IMG/VR virus record: IMGVR_UViG_3300025141_000479 | Span: 1 to 31,037 of that record | DNA: 31,037 bases | Source: a virus | Lineage: Duplodnaviria > Caudoviricetes | Reading direction: 5' to 3' (one strand) | Shown: positions 17,390 through 26,653 of the stretch, piece after piece | Layout: each line of letters starts with the position of its first letter | How positions within the stretch are numbered: position 1 is the first letter of the stretch | The notes under the pieces: generated by a model | The model's database searches: none | Seen by the model: only the letters and a program-made list of their open reading frames with translations | What the model was told of the DNA's origin: nothing | Position numbers and translations under genes: made by a program

Positions 17390-18378
17390 TTAGCTGCGAG
17401 CTTCATCGATCTTCGCGTGGGCCCGTGGGTCCAAGCACTCGAGGGTCAACCAGGCTTCGCAATAGCCGCGGTCACCACCACCCTGATCGTCCAGGGACAC
17501 CTGCTTGGCGGAATCAAACTAGCGACTCCATATGCCTCGGTGTTCACAATGTGAGCCCGATCGTGGAATGTAGTATCGACGCTGCAGTCGGGATTAGAAT
17601 TCGCTAAGCGTAGATCCCCAAAATCGCTCCGGAACAGGTCAACTGACAGGACGATCGTCTTGCCGGTGCCCGAGATGTTGTAACGCTGGGTGTCGTTGCT
17701 AGCTCCAGTCCGCATGAACTGCGAAATGGATTCGCGAACCTTGGTGTCTGCCACACAGGTCACGTTCTGCAGGTTGCCAGAGACATTATACATCGATGCC
17801 AGCGCGGTGTTGAGGTCTTCCTCAGTCACGTCAGCGTTCGACTTGGTAATGATCTGGTTGCTCGAGGTCCGATATGCGGAAGGCACGTCGGAAGGGCCAG
17901 CCGAGTCAATCCAGTCAGTCAGTCCGCGCATGAGCGAGACCGCAGAACCGGATCCAGTCTGCTTGTCGTTGGCCGAACCAATCGCGGCCTCGATATCCCT
18001 TTTCAGCTCACGCAAACTTTTAACTTTCGCTGCGGAGGTGTTCGCACCAACGCTCGAAACGGCCTGCTGGACCTGGGAAACCATGTAATCACGTCGGAAA
18101 CCCTGAATTCTATTGCCGAGACGAGCCCGGTTTTCGAATTTGTCGTCAAACGATGTGATGTCGCTTCCTTCAGCGATACCCGTGAAATCGACGCTTGCAA
18201 GACCATCGCAGGTCCACTCGTGGTTTGTTGCTTTCGCTTTGCGTTTGGGGGCCAAGCTGGTGAGCGGTGTCGAGGTCGGATCCATTTGCGTTAACAAATT
18301 GGTCAGATCTTCTCTATTACTCACCGCAGAACCGGTCCCGGGCGCAGCCGGGTTGTCATAAGAGCTACTAAAAGCCAT
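17390..18378 (-). CDS. Major capsid protein (DUF5309/SU10-type), frameshifted near 17500-17518
   Basis: NREDL...P..TP...HEW..D.L...R.GN..Q.F motifs. The family-like C-terminus LDDQGGGDRGYCEAWLTLECLDPRAHAKI lies in another frame ending at TAA 17390-17392. Confidence 0.85.
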
Positions 18379-18402
18379 GATAGATGTTCCTTTCGGTTAG
18401 AA

Positions 18403-19419
18403 TTAGTTGTTTTGAAGAGTGAGAATTTCTTCCAAGATCCTGTAGTCCCCAGTTTGCTCGAATTGCGTTTGCAAGTTCTCCAGTCCTTTGACCGGCCCTG
18501 GCGCCTGCTTTGCAGGAGCGGCAGTTCCAGCGCTTGGATTTTCGGGAGGTCTCATGCGGCTTTGCGGTTGTTGCTTTGCCGTCTGGCCTTTCCCGGCCTT
18601 CCGTTGCTCTGATCGATGAATGGAATCCGCAGCGTGAGCTAACACGAGCGGGATCTCGGGGAACTCGTCCTTCAACGCTTGCAGGCCGGGGTGACTCATC
18701 ACACCTTCCCACCGTTGCCGAATCGGGTTCTCTTCTTCCTTCATCCACGCGAACTCATCTTCTGCAATCTGACGTGCTTGCTGACGCTCCGCTGCGATCA
18801 CCTGCTTTTCTTGCAGTTCCCCGTAGCGGTTTTTCAGATGTGTCGAACGTGCTTTCCTTGCACTCCGAGCAAGTCCCTTGATCTCCTTGAGTGTATACTC
18901 CCGGCCATCTTCCTCGTGAACGATGGCATCGGAATGCTCATCTTCGTTTTCCTCGAGGAGGTTGTCGGCCCACTCAATCATCTCGTCAACTTCTGCGGCT
19001 TTCTGCTGCAGGTCCTCGACGGTCTCGACTTCGCGGTAAGGATTCTTATCTGGGTCGGAAGGCCGCGCTAGCGGGTCTTCCTCTTGCTGCGACCTGGCCT
19101 CGAGCGTTGACCGGAGTTCGCTTCTCTCCTTAATCAAGCCAGCGATACGATCTGCTCCGCGGCTATTTAGGTGATCGGCTATTCCCTGCCACTCGTTCTC
19201 GGTCAGGTTGTCCAAGTCCAGTCCAGCGACTGTCTCCGTTAACCCATCGTCGGAAAGTTGCTCGGCATTCTCATGGCCTGCTTCCCCCTCGGATTGGTCT
19301 TCCGGAGTCTGGGCCAGGAGCGCAACTGCCTCTGCTTCTGAGAGGTTGTCGTCTCCTGTATGTAGCGTGTCCTGTTCTTGTTCGGGAGACACGGTCCCCG
19401 ATTGATCTTGGTCTGTCAT
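18403..19419 (-). CDS. Capsid scaffolding protein
   Basis: Acidic disordered N-terminus, coiled-coil core and P/A/K-rich linker; lies between portal and capsid. ATG 19419 (after AAAGAGAACGT) is preferred to the ORF-track GTG at 19464. Confidence 0.8.
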   Translation of the reverse strand: MTDQDQSGTVSPEQEQDTLHTGDDNLSEAEAVALLAQTPEDQSEGEAGHENAEQLSDDGLTETVAGLDLDNLTENEWQGIADHLNSRGADRIAGLIKERSELRSTLEARSQQEEDPLARPSDPDKNPYREVETVEDLQQKAAEVDEMIEWADNLLEENEDEHSDAIVHEEDGREYTLKEIKGLARSARKARSTHLKNRYGELQEKQVIAAERQQARQIAEDEFAWMKEEENPIRQRWEGVMSHPGLQALKDEFPEIPLVLAHAADSIHRSEQRKAGKGQTAKQQPQSRMRPPENPSAGTAAPAKQAPGPVKGLENLQTQFEQTGDYRILEEILTLQNN

Positions 19420-19456
19420 ACGTTCTCTTTGCGCCCGAACGGTTGCGTGACTCAAA

Positions 19457-19482
19457 TCTCGCACACCCTGTCTGAACTATTT
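19457..19482 (-). promoter_or_regulatory. Conserved 26-bp motif copy 2 (putative late promoter/regulator site)
   Basis: Minus strand AAATAGTTCAGACAGGGTGTGCGAGA, upstream of the scaffold-capsid genes. Confidence 0.6.
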
Positions 19483-19491
19483 TGAGAACGT

Positions 19492-19695
19492 CTATTCCTC
19501 TCCCAGGATCTCGTGGGCCAGGCCGTCTAGAGCATCGATTCTGCCCACTGCCTTCCAGACCTCTCGCTCATTCTCGGCCTCTCCCATGCCGGTGAGAACG
19601 GCTTCCCTGCGGGAGACCAGCTCTTTCACGATGATCTTCGCGTAATCGGTCGTCCTCAGATACTCGAGGGCACCTTCAAAAGTCTGCGGGTCCAT
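19492..19695 (-). CDS. Small helical protein following the portal (67 aa)
   Basis: Sits 3 nt after the portal stop; a small gene at this position is common in podovirus-like head modules. Confidence 0.7.
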   Translation of the reverse strand: MDPQTFEGALEYLRTTDYAKIIVKELVSRREAVLTGMGEAENEREVWKAVGRIDALDGLAHEILGEE

Positions 19696-19698
19696 TTT

Positions 19699-21744
19699 TT
19701 AGCCTGCTTGCTGGATTCCTTGGAGATCGGCTGACTCTGTCCCCAGCTTTCCGGTCTCAGCATTCTGCTGCTGCTGGAGCTGGTGCTGGATTTGGCCAAA
19801 GTACTTCTGGAGCCGGGCTGCGAACGCTTCGTCATTCTGCGCGCGCTCGGCAACGTCTGGTTGCTGCATATATTGCTGGCCGATCTGCATCGCGATCTGG
19901 TGACCGGATGGCCGTGCACCGATTTCGAGTCCCGCATATATCATGCTCAGATCCTCTGCCACGTCCCTCGCTGCCTTGGCCGTCCCCTGCTCCTCTGCCT
20001 GCAGGACGGTATCTGCCAGGACCGGATCGATCGCTGCCGCAGCAAAATCTAGCATTTTCGAGATGTCGATCTTGCCGGTGCGATCGTATTGGACGAGCTG
20101 GAGCATCTGGGTGAGCTTTTTCTCCACCGTCTCCGGATCGTGATTCTGAGCATCCCAGGAGACGTGGAGGTCCATCTCGTGATTTGGATCCATCTTCTCG
20201 AACTGCTGGGGCTCCGGGATGCCGGATATCCGGAAGAATAACTGGGCCGGGCCATAGCGGTTGAAAGCCGAGAAGGCCGCGGAGAGCACTCCGGAGATGT
20301 GAGCCAGGAACTTGTCGAGGTAGAAGGCCCTCTTCATCTGAGCGTCCGGGTCCAGCTCCGGGCTGGCTAGTCCAACCATCCGGTCAGCCTGGGCCAGCAG
20401 GGTAGATTCGATCTCGATTGAGCCAGGGTCAGCCGGTGGAGGATCGACCCAGCCGTACTCCCCTGCCCTGCGCTCGGTAACGTGCCCTCCTGGCCGGAAC
20501 TCCGGCTTGGGGCGCCCAACCGGGCCCTTTGAGGCCGGAAGCGTTGCCAAGGAGCTTCTATCAATTCTGGAATCCCGTTCGGCTTTCACCTGCCATTGCG
20601 TTCCTCGCAGAAGATCCACCATCGAGCGGGTGTCATAGAGTCGCTTAGAGTCACGATGAAGCTCAGTCACGATGAACGGGTAATCCGGCACCCCCTCGAG
20701 GAGGGTATGCTTCGCGTGAGCGTTGTTGCCGGTATGGCTTTGATGCCAGACCGTGCAGTAGATCCCCTCGGCCCCGTCCTTCATTAGACGCTGGTAGGTG
20801 TAGATGATCTCGACGAAGTCCGAATTCTCATCGAACTGCCCGAGGAAAGCGGCAGAGTCTTTTGCCTCGATGTCGCTGGTATGTGTCCCTCGCAGCTTCT
20901 CGATGACGTGATCCACCCACTTCTCGTCCCACTCTTCAGTCGAAACCTTCGACAGCAGCTCGGTCGGAGTCATCAAGACTCGACGGTGGACGAAAGGTGC
21001 CTGCTGCGGATCCGTACAATAGTGGGGAAAGAAGATGTCCACATCTGTGGCCAGGGCCTGCACCATTGGCCGGTCGATCGATCGAACGTAGACCGGCAAC
21101 TCTGCATAGCCCTCTTTTCGCAGCTTCTTCAAAGCCTTTTTGGCCTCCCGCTTCTTCAATTTCGGCCACTGAGTCAGGAGCATATCCACGAGTTCGTCGT
21201 CGTAGCTCTCATTCATCAGCATCTCGGCCATTTCCGGCGCCTGGGCCGCGATCTGCTCGATGTCGAAGACCTGGAGCTGCGTCATATCCTTCTGCTCCCA
21301 GCCCACATAGGTAATGGCATGGCCCTTCTCGAAGAGGTAGTTTGCCGTCAGCTCCATCTCCCGGCTGAAGTGGGGAATATACGAATCCCGCATATATTTG
21401 ATGAATGACGAGACGACTCGTGCAGCCGCGGCATCGCTCACTTCGACCGGGTAAGCCCGGATGTTCGCGCGCGCCAGGGCAAACATACACATCGAGACGT
21501 AAGCCTGGATCCTTTCAGAGATCACCAAGCTCTCGCAGTCGCTGGCTCCTTCCCAAGGAAGCGCATCTGACCCACTCTTGCGGAGGGAGCTGCTCTTCCC
21601 AGGCCAATAGTTGCGACGGTCGTCAAACGAAACCGAGCACTGGTCAGTCCAGTGCCCTAGCTGGCTCAAGGTTTCACGATAGCTCTGGAGGAGATCCCCC
21701 ACATTGGGGCCGTCCCCAGCCCGGACTTGTGCGTTCTGGCTCAC
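19699..21744 (-). CDS. Portal protein (681 aa)
   Basis: Size, position between terminase and scaffold, PWEGASD motif, and Q-rich helical C-terminal barrel. Confidence 0.85.
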   Translation of the reverse strand: MSQNAQVRAGDGPNVGDLLQSYRETLSQLGHWTDQCSVSFDDRRNYWPGKSSSLRKSGSDALPWEGASDCESLVISERIQAYVSMCMFALARANIRAYPVEVSDAAAARVVSSFIKYMRDSYIPHFSREMELTANYLFEKGHAITYVGWEQKDMTQLQVFDIEQIAAQAPEMAEMLMNESYDDELVDMLLTQWPKLKKREAKKALKKLRKEGYAELPVYVRSIDRPMVQALATDVDIFFPHYCTDPQQAPFVHRRVLMTPTELLSKVSTEEWDEKWVDHVIEKLRGTHTSDIEAKDSAAFLGQFDENSDFVEIIYTYQRLMKDGAEGIYCTVWHQSHTGNNAHAKHTLLEGVPDYPFIVTELHRDSKRLYDTRSMVDLLRGTQWQVKAERDSRIDRSSLATLPASKGPVGRPKPEFRPGGHVTERRAGEYGWVDPPPADPGSIEIESTLLAQADRMVGLASPELDPDAQMKRAFYLDKFLAHISGVLSAAFSAFNRYGPAQLFFRISGIPEPQQFEKMDPNHEMDLHVSWDAQNHDPETVEKKLTQMLQLVQYDRTGKIDISKMLDFAAAAIDPVLADTVLQAEEQGTAKAARDVAEDLSMIYAGLEIGARPSGHQIAMQIGQQYMQQPDVAERAQNDEAFAARLQKYFGQIQHQLQQQQNAETGKLGTESADLQGIQQAG

Positions 21745-21756
21745 GGGAAGACTTTA

Positions 21757-21972
21757 CTATCTCCTGTCCGATTCATCTTCCCCGCTCAGAAGGAACTCCA
21801 TCAGCGCGAGAATCTCTTCGCGCCTGCTCGGGTTTGGGTCCTCGTCCCGGTGTTCCAGATTATAGGTTACTCTCCAATCTCCCTGATCCCCTCCGGCGCG
21901 CATTGCAAAGAGAAATGGGATCTTCTCCCGGTTACACGCTTCGATCGCATCTTCTATAAAGTCCTGGGTCAT
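21757..21972 (-). CDS. Hypothetical protein (71 aa)
   Basis: ATG 21972 forms an ATGA overlap with the upstream stop, preferred to the longer ORF-track start. Confidence 0.6.
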   Translation of the reverse strand: MTQDFIEDAIEACNREKIPFLFAMRAGGDQGDWRVTYNLEHRDEDPNPSRREEILALMEFLLSGEDESDRR

Positions 21973-22838
21973 TCTATAACTGGTATTTCCTGCCGGGGTG
22001 GGGTGAACCCGCGCCAGGTGGAAGAGAACACGATCTGTCCATCGATCACCCGGCACTCTACAATATGTGCCCCAACGTGAGCCTGCAGCCCGAGTCGGGC
22101 CATGAAACCGGTTTGTCTTTGCGTACAACCGGCTGCGACCGCGGCCACTCCCCGGTAGGCTGGGAGGGTGAACGCTTTGTGGAAATGTCCGACCAGCAGG
22201 CAGTCTGGCTTGTTGTCGCTGTCGAGTGATTCGATGATCTTCTGGATCCGGTACGACAACGCATAACTGCTGCCACCACCGGGATGAAGCATATCGATCC
22301 GGATGTCTTTCTCCTGTCCGGATCTCGCGACCACCCAGCGCGCAGCGTCCGAGCCGAGATACTTTATGTCCTCGCGCTTCTCACCGATCCGGTAGCAGAC
22401 ATCCGTTCCACCATTTTTCATGTGGGCCTCGTCGTGATTTCCGCTGATCAGGTGAGTTGTGATTCCTTTTATGTAGGGGAACTGCTCGACAACCCAATCG
22501 ATCTGACTGTCGGCGCCATGCTTGTGCACCTCGTGCTCGTGACCTTTGCGCATCTGCACCCCCTCGGTCATGTCCCCGCAGTGGTAGACCGTCTTGATGC
22601 CTTCCTGGTCGAACCATTCGTAGATGGCCCTGGTGATACCCACCTCTTCATAAATCGATCCAAAGTGAGTGCAGCTCAATGTCCCAAAGCGAAATGGAGG
22701 AGCCTTCTTGCCTATCTCTACTCGCTGAGTCGCGCGCGCGCTGGCCAGCGTCTCGAGTTGCTCCCGGAGCGACAGGATCTGCCCCGCTACTCCCTTCGCT
22801 TGCGCGAGATCTTCGATGCTCTTTCCTTTGCCAGCCAT
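21969..22838 (-). CDS. Calcineurin-like metallophosphoesterase (289 aa)
   Basis: Motifs SCTHFG, CGDMTEG, SGNHDE, MLHP, GHFH; start MAGKGK at 22838, 2 nt after the upstream stop. Confidence 0.88.
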   Translation of the reverse strand: MAGKGKSIEDLAQAKGVAGQILSLREQLETLASARATQRVEIGKKAPPFRFGTLSCTHFGSIYEEVGITRAIYEWFDQEGIKTVYHCGDMTEGVQMRKGHEHEVHKHGADSQIDWVVEQFPYIKGITTHLISGNHDEAHMKNGGTDVCYRIGEKREDIKYLGSDAARWVVARSGQEKDIRIDMLHPGGGSSYALSYRIQKIIESLDSDNKPDCLLVGHFHKAFTLPAYRGVAAVAAGCTQRQTGFMARLGLQAHVGAHIVECRVIDGQIVFSSTWRGFTPPRQEIPVIE

Positions 22839-22840
22839 GT

Positions 22841-23269
22841 TTATGCTATTCCCAGAACCTTCTGGATCTGAGAAATGATATGGGGTGCTGCCCAAAGGTT
22901 GTGACCACCGCGCTTCAGCCGATATGCTGCAAACTGTTTCGAATCCGCATACCGGCGCCAGGAATAGACCGGCACTTCGCAGAGGGTTCGGAAATCCTGG
23001 TCCTCGAAGTATTGGTCGCACTCCGCTGTGAGCACCTCGTCCACCTTGCGCTGGATAATAAGCGCAACGTCGTGCTTCCCGCGGAAGTCATCGACTGACT
23101 TGCCCCGGCCGGGCTTGCGGGAAGCTCCTCCGGGAGGACCGGAAATGTTCAAGGCTTCCCTCACTTCCTGCACTTCTCCCACCTTACAATTCAGATTGTG
23201 AGCGATGAGCCCGTTGGCCCGGGTGCTGTCCTTGCGAAGCGCTCTTTCTATCTTCTCTTGTAAATTCAT
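22841..23269 (-). CDS. Hypothetical protein (142 aa), possible N-terminal HTH
   Basis: Start MNLQEK at 23269 forms an ATGA overlap; ANGLIAHNLNCKVGEVQEVR is HTH-like. Confidence 0.6.
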   Translation of the reverse strand: MNLQEKIERALRKDSTRANGLIAHNLNCKVGEVQEVREALNISGPPGGASRKPGRGKSVDDFRGKHDVALIIQRKVDEVLTAECDQYFEDQDFRTLCEVPVYSWRRYADSKQFAAYRLKRGGHNLWAAPHIISQIQKVLGIA

Positions 23270-23559
23270 TTCGTCAGTCGTTTGCATACTCGCTCCCAGG
23301 CTGGCCAGAAGCACTCGTCCAGGCAGCGGTTTAGCGCTTCCTCTTCCATACTCTCGCACCATGCGACTCCTCCCAGGGCCCACGCAGCGTGAACCATCTC
23401 GTGACGTAGCGTGTCGTGCAGCTTTTTCCCCTTGAGACCCTGGTCGATTACGATGGTGCGACTGTCCAGTGACCAGGACCCGTAAGGATCCCCGTCCAGG
23501 TCTTGCCGGACGACCTTGATGGTAACTCCCGCAATCCGGATGCTTTTGGGGCAAATCAT
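23266..23559 (-). CDS. Small zincin-like metallopeptidase (97 aa)
   Basis: YGSW.....TIVID...TLRHEMVHA...EE, i.e. HExxH plus a downstream Glu. Confidence 0.75.
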   Translation of the reverse strand: MICPKSIRIAGVTIKVVRQDLDGDPYGSWSLDSRTIVIDQGLKGKKLHDTLRHEMVHAAWALGGVAWCESMEEEALNRCLDECFWPAWERVCKRLTK

Positions 23560-23783
23560 CCTCGCGCGCCAACCTGCTTCTGCAACTCGTTGATCAGCTT
23601 GTATGCCCAGCGCTCGTCATGGCCGGTCCTCTCGGAAATCGTTTCCAGGGAAGCCTCCTCTACGTCACCGAGAACGGCTCCGCGGATTTTCATGTAGCAG
23701 TAGTCCCAGGCCAGAAAGCGGTCCCCGTGCTCAAGGGCATAACTTTTCGTGTCTATAGGATTTCTTTCCATCTTCGTTCTCAA
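23556..23783 (-). CDS. Hypothetical protein (about 71-75 aa)
   Basis: Stop overlaps the next start; the start codon is uncertain (23783 or ATG 23771). Confidence 0.5.
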   Translation of the reverse strand: MRTKMERNPIDTKSYALEHGDRFLAWDYCYMKIRGAVLGDVEEASLETISERTGHDERWAYKLINELQKQVGARG

Positions 23784-24174
23784 TGAGCTGCACCTTGAAC
23801 GGCTTGCGGGGAGCCAGGTGCCGTTTGATTTTTTCGGTTACCAGGACAGGATGCTTCTCCCATCTCCCGCTCACTTGTTTGATCCGCGCCCAGATCCTGT
23901 TGCCTTGCTTGTTCGGTGGTAGCGGCAGACAGATTGCCTGCTGGAACCTTGGAACTGCCAAGGGCAGGATCCGGGCCGCGGCATGGTGAACGCGCAGCTT
24001 CTCAACTCCGCTCGGCCGGTAAACGATCTGTGGCCGTCCTCTCCCGCGGTGGCTATACCAGTCGTCAGTGGTCATGTGCTCGTCGCGCAGCTTCTTGATC
24101 CGGTTGCCCGAGATCCGTAGCAGCTCCAGTACTTCCTTTTGCGGGAGGTCTCCCGGTCTCAATTCGCTCACCAT
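23731..24174 (-). CDS. Hypothetical basic protein (147 aa)
   Basis: Overlaps the terminase stop; K/R-rich with a possible N-terminal HTH. Confidence 0.6.
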   Translation of the reverse strand: MVSELRPGDLPQKEVLELLRISGNRIKKLRDEHMTTDDWYSHRGRGRPQIVYRPSGVEKLRVHHAAARILPLAVPRFQQAICLPLPPNKQGNRIWARIKQVSGRWEKHPVLVTEKIKRHLAPRKPFKVQLIENEDGKKSYRHEKLCP

Positions 24175-25889
24175 TCCTTCCAGTCTACTTGCTTTTGTCT
24201 ATCGGGCGCCCCGTAACTCGGGAGCGGGTCAGAAGTTGCGCGCAAACTGCTCTCGTCCATGTGGTGCAGGCCGGTCACCACCCCATAGCGTAAGCAGTCA
24301 ATGAAATCCTTTTGGGCTTCTTTGAGCCCTCCCTGGCCGGTGTATTCTCCCAGCGCAGCGATCACGTTCTGGCACTTCTCGCTCACATAGAACCGGGGAC
24401 GGTTCACCCCATCGATCGGCCGGTTCCGGTCGAAGGCCATCAGGTTGTTCAGAGCCTGTAAGCCCTGCTCGATCTCGTTGCCCCGGTCCCCAGGTGGAAA
24501 GGAACTCGGCAGGCAGATGAAATCGAAGTCATCCAAATTCGAGAGAATGGATTCTGATCCTCCATCTCGACTCGGGGTCTGTATCTTGCACATCCGCGGG
24601 TCAATGATGCGCTCGTGAATACTGAGCCCCTGCTGGCTCGTGTCCGTAGTGATCCGGCCGTCGTCATGCTCAGTCACTACTCCTCCCTCCATCTCATAGA
24701 AGAGCTTCACAAAGTCCCTGATGCCCAGCCCCCGGCCGCGCGCTCCGGGCCCAGGTCTCCACTCACCACCTCTCCACTCACACCAGTCCTGGTCCCCAGG
24801 GAACTCGTCCATCACCCAATAGGTTCCGGAAGCGTCCACCGCTATCCATACACAGCACCAGTTCTTCGATCCCCCCGGGTCGATGCATTGATAGTAAGTC
24901 ACGTCCTCGGTCGGAATCTCCTCCGGCTTCACCACATTGCTCTCCCTTGAGAACATCGGGAACACAGTGGTCGAGGATCTCACCGGCACTCCATAGGCGC
25001 GGGTGAGGATCTCGTCGCGCGGCCTGCCTGCCAGGTCCCCCTTGATGCGCTCGTAGCCCCCGAACGGATTCCACTCGGAATGAAAATAAACAATGCTCGC
25101 ATCACGCAACTTGCTGCGCTGAGTGATCGGGACAAGGTCTCCACCAAGTAACTCAGCCGGGCCCTGCTCAAGAGTCTCAGCCTGGTGGAGGAACTCTCTA
25201 ACAGTTTCCGTGTAGCCCCAGACCGGAGTGAACGTCGCTAAAATTTTTGCGTTGCGAGTGGCACAACGAAAACGCAATCCATTAATCAATTCCGGAGAAC
25301 CAAGATACTCGTCCAGCCAGCATCCGAAATTCACAAAGCCAGGCTCAAAACTCCCCAGCTCAGCTCCCTCGATCACGCTGGCATCCTGCGAGAACTGCGA
25401 ATACGTCTTCCAAATCAGGTGGCTCCCGTTGGGAAAGATCATCGACGCTCCCGCAAAGCCGGTTTGTCGTTTATAAGATATATAATGCCCCTTCGATCGA
25501 CTCGTGAGGCGCAGGTCAGGAGGAAGCCAGTCGTAGACCGCAGCCTGGACCTGTCTAACAGAGACCTCCGCGTTCTGCGAAAAGATGAAAATCGTCGCGC
25601 CAGGGTTCTCGATCGCAGCCCTGACCACACTCCGCGCCCCATAGATAGTCTTCCCGCTGCGGTTCCCTCCAAGCACTATCAACTCGTTGGTAGCGTCGTC
25701 CCCGGTCACCAGCGCATCTGCCTTCTCCCAGTGAGGCATCTTAAACCCGCAATTCAACGGGTCCTCGGCCGCATTCCGCAGTGCCTCGTGGTACTGCGAG
25801 TGCAACTCCAGAACCTGCCCAGGGTCCATCCTGGCCAACTCCTCAGGAAGTGGTGGCTTCAGGACCGGATGATCCTGCCACTCTAACAC
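24168..25889 (-). CDS. terL: Terminase large subunit
   Basis: Walker A GGNRSGKT, Walker B CWLDE, ATFTP coupling motif, and RNase H-like nuclease acids (CIDPG, IIDP, KDFIDCLRY). Confidence 0.93.
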   Translation of the reverse strand: MLEWQDHPVLKPPLPEELARMDPGQVLELHSQYHEALRNAAEDPLNCGFKMPHWEKADALVTGDDATNELIVLGGNRSGKTIYGARSVVRAAIENPGATIFIFSQNAEVSVRQVQAAVYDWLPPDLRLTSRSKGHYISYKRQTGFAGASMIFPNGSHLIWKTYSQFSQDASVIEGAELGSFEPGFVNFGCWLDEYLGSPELINGLRFRCATRNAKILATFTPVWGYTETVREFLHQAETLEQGPAELLGGDLVPITQRSKLRDASIVYFHSEWNPFGGYERIKGDLAGRPRDEILTRAYGVPVRSSTTVFPMFSRESNVVKPEEIPTEDVTYYQCIDPGGSKNWCCVWIAVDASGTYWVMDEFPGDQDWCEWRGGEWRPGPGARGRGLGIRDFVKLFYEMEGGVVTEHDDGRITTDTSQQGLSIHERIIDPRMCKIQTPSRDGGSESILSNLDDFDFICLPSSFPPGDRGNEIEQGLQALNNLMAFDRNRPIDGVNRPRFYVSEKCQNVIAALGEYTGQGGLKEAQKDFIDCLRYGVVTGLHHMDESSLRATSDPLPSYGAPDRQKQVDWKEW

Positions 25890-25961
25890 AATCTAACAAC
25901 CATTCCCTCTAGACTGTGCAGACATTCGCTCTGCATCCAAGCCCTTTGAGAACATAATGAC

Positions 25962-26186
25962 CTATTCCCGGTCTTCTAAGCTGTCCTCCACCCGAATACT
26001 CGCGCGCCATACTTCTATGCCATACGCAACCTGCACGAGAGCGTAGCGGATATTTCCCCTACTCATGTCATCCACCACATTGTTCAGCATCCATCGCTCG
26101 CGCGGGAGCTTGTAGGGAGTCGTCAGCCTTCCCATTCCCAGCCCCCGGGCATCCCGCTCAGTTATCGTCACCATTAAATCATTCAT
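25962..26186 (-). CDS. Hypothetical protein (74 aa)
   Basis: Overlaps the upstream stop within a chain of small genes. Confidence 0.6.
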   Translation of the reverse strand: MNDLMVTITERDARGLGMGRLTTPYKLPRERWMLNNVVDDMSRGNIRYALVQVAYGIEVWRASIRVEDSLEDRE

Positions 26187-26430
26187 CTATATCTACTGAA
26201 TAAAGCATCACAAAGCCTTCCCCGTTCCCCTGTAACCCGAGGACATTAAAATCAACCCACTCCACGGCCTCCTCACGGGTCATCCCGTCTTCGACAAAGT
26301 GCTCGACCGTCTTCTCGTAGTCATAGATCAGCAAGCCCCCGTCGCTATAGCCCACAATAGCGTCGTCCAGACCCTCGAGGATCAAAGCACCCTCAGTCAA
26401 TAGTTCCCGGATTGCGTTCACCCTCTCCAT
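26179..26430 (-). CDS. Conserved-looking phage hypothetical protein (83 aa)
   Basis: GLDDAIVG...IYDYEK...GMTREEAVEWVDFN..G pattern; purine-rich RBS upstream. Confidence 0.75.
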   Translation of the reverse strand: MERVNAIRELLTEGALILEGLDDAIVGYSDGGLLIYDYEKTVEHFVEDGMTREEAVEWVDFNVLGLQGNGEGFVMLYSVDIDE

Positions 26431-26434
26431 GCCC

Positions 26435-26653
26435 TCACTCCTCCTCCTTCAAATAAACCGTCACCCGGTGGTCCTTCACCTTCATGCAAAACAACCACTC
26501 AACCTTATCCACGATCCCCTCAAAAGTTGAACAAACCTTGCCTTCCTCATTCTCCCGGACAACACGTACGCTCTCACCCACCACTGGCGCCCGGCCGATA
26601 CTATACGTCCGGTGACTCGTCCGCTTGTTAGGTGCTATAAATTGAATCGTCAT
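26435..26653 (-). CDS. Hypothetical protein (72 aa)
   Basis: ATGA overlap with the upstream gene. Confidence 0.6.
   Translation of the reverse strand: MTIQFIAPNKRTSHRTYSIGRAPVVGESVRVVRENEEGKVCSTFEGIVDKVEWLFCMKVKDHRVTVYLKEEE

Noticed and set aside
22839-23572. Long ORF-track starts for the 350-aa and 243-aa calls
   Set aside because: The extensions overlap neighbouring genes; internal ATGs at 22838 and 23269 give abutting or ATGA-coupled junctions.
2177-25886. Numerous plus-strand and alternate-frame ORFs inside the structural module
   Set aside because: These are shadow ORFs expected in GC-rich coding DNA; the minus-strand genes tile the region with coupled junctions and carry the recognisable motifs.
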